From Candidatus Obscuribacter sp. (GTDB taxonomy: Bacteria > Cyanobacteriota > Vampirovibrionia > Obscuribacterales > Obscuribacteraceae), in assembly GCA_021772095.1 (NCBI GenBank), contig JADYXR010000001.1, forward strand, positions 10,786 through 74,785: a DNA stretch of 64,000 nucleotides, given 5' to 3'. Of this stretch, positions 63,801-64,000 are shown piece after piece (position 1 is the first letter of the stretch; each line of letters starts with the position of its first letter). The notes beneath the pieces were generated by a model. The model saw nothing but the letters and a program-made list of their open reading frames with translations, searched no databases and was not told the DNA's origin. The translations under genes were made by a program, and so were the position numbers.

Positions 63801-64000
63801 ATGACTGAAATCGATTCAAAGCCAAACGTGATCGCGGTTGTCGGTCCGACAGCGTCCGGCAAGACGGCGCTGGCGCTGCAGTTGGCGGCTAAATTCGGTG
63901 GCGAGGTGATCGCCTGCGATTCGCGCACCGTATATCAATATATGGATATAGGAACAGCGAAACCATCCAGGGAAGAGCAGAACGAAATTCCTCACCACAT
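63801..64000 (+). CDS. miaA: tRNA dimethylallyltransferase, 5' end only (runs off the right edge)
   Basis: The ATG at 63801 reads [66 protein letters not shown]: a P-loop plus the [15 protein letters not shown] signature of MiaA. Confidence 0.9.
   Translation, partial: MTEIDSKPNVIAVVGPTASGKTALALQLAAKFGGEVIACDSRTVYQYMDIGTAKPSREEQNEIPHH

Noticed and set aside
1-64000. Genomic island, prophage or defence island
   Set aside because: There are no integrase, transposase, recombinase, phage structural, restriction-modification, toxin-antitoxin or nuclease/ATPase defence-type genes. There are no flanking tRNAs or direct repeats. Housekeeping genes are spread throughout the window.

Overview
This 64-kb window looks chromosomal. 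I found no rRNA, tRNA, CRISPR array, transposase, integrase or phage genes. About 47 protein-coding genes are supportable.

Recognisable housekeeping genes: ftsZ, mtnA, uvrA, fur, feoA, RNase E/G, a B12-binding radical-SAM fusion protein, a PHP phosphoesterase with a YmdB-type metallophosphoesterase, hsp20, an APC permease, two cyclophilins, ftsE/ftsX, a DUF721/DciA-like gene, SCP2, aroE, exbB/exbD with a TonB-like gene, sppA, and the 5' end of miaA.

Other recognisable genes: a NarL-type response regulator and a HisKA_3-type histidine kinase, a Hanks-type Ser/Thr kinase, several exported TPR proteins, and two TadE-like pseudopilin genes.

Interleaved with these are many very large, low-complexity proteins that seem lineage-specific. 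Each is tied to a single small recognisable module (LysM, SpoIVB/S55-like peptidase, zinc ribbon, S1-like, TonB C-terminus, kinase).

The gene content suggests a diderm bacterium, possibly a non-photosynthetic relative of cyanobacteria. That placement is a guess from gene content, not a measurement.

I do not see a compact, obviously new multi-gene system such as a defence island. The best candidates for a second look are:
1. A membrane-anchored zinc-ribbon protein with nine copies of an LRSPLLGG-plus-acidic-run motif, kept at protein level despite codon divergence.
2. Two Gln-rich proteins that share a Q-[YF]-x-T-G...P-x-Q-[YF] repeat.
3. Nested long-range inverted repeats at 2619-2820, a candidate structured RNA or palindromic element.
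4. A degenerate tandem array of GTCATTTGAACG-like units at 34337-34590.
5. A radical-SAM/DUF2344 fusion gene apparently in an operon with RNase E/G, behind a long structured leader.
6. A two-component system split around a giant gene for a LysM-tailed protein.
7. Two over-long convergent spacers with orphan hairpin and terminator signals, candidate sRNAs.

All domain calls come from motifs read by eye. None has been checked with an HMM or BLAST search.
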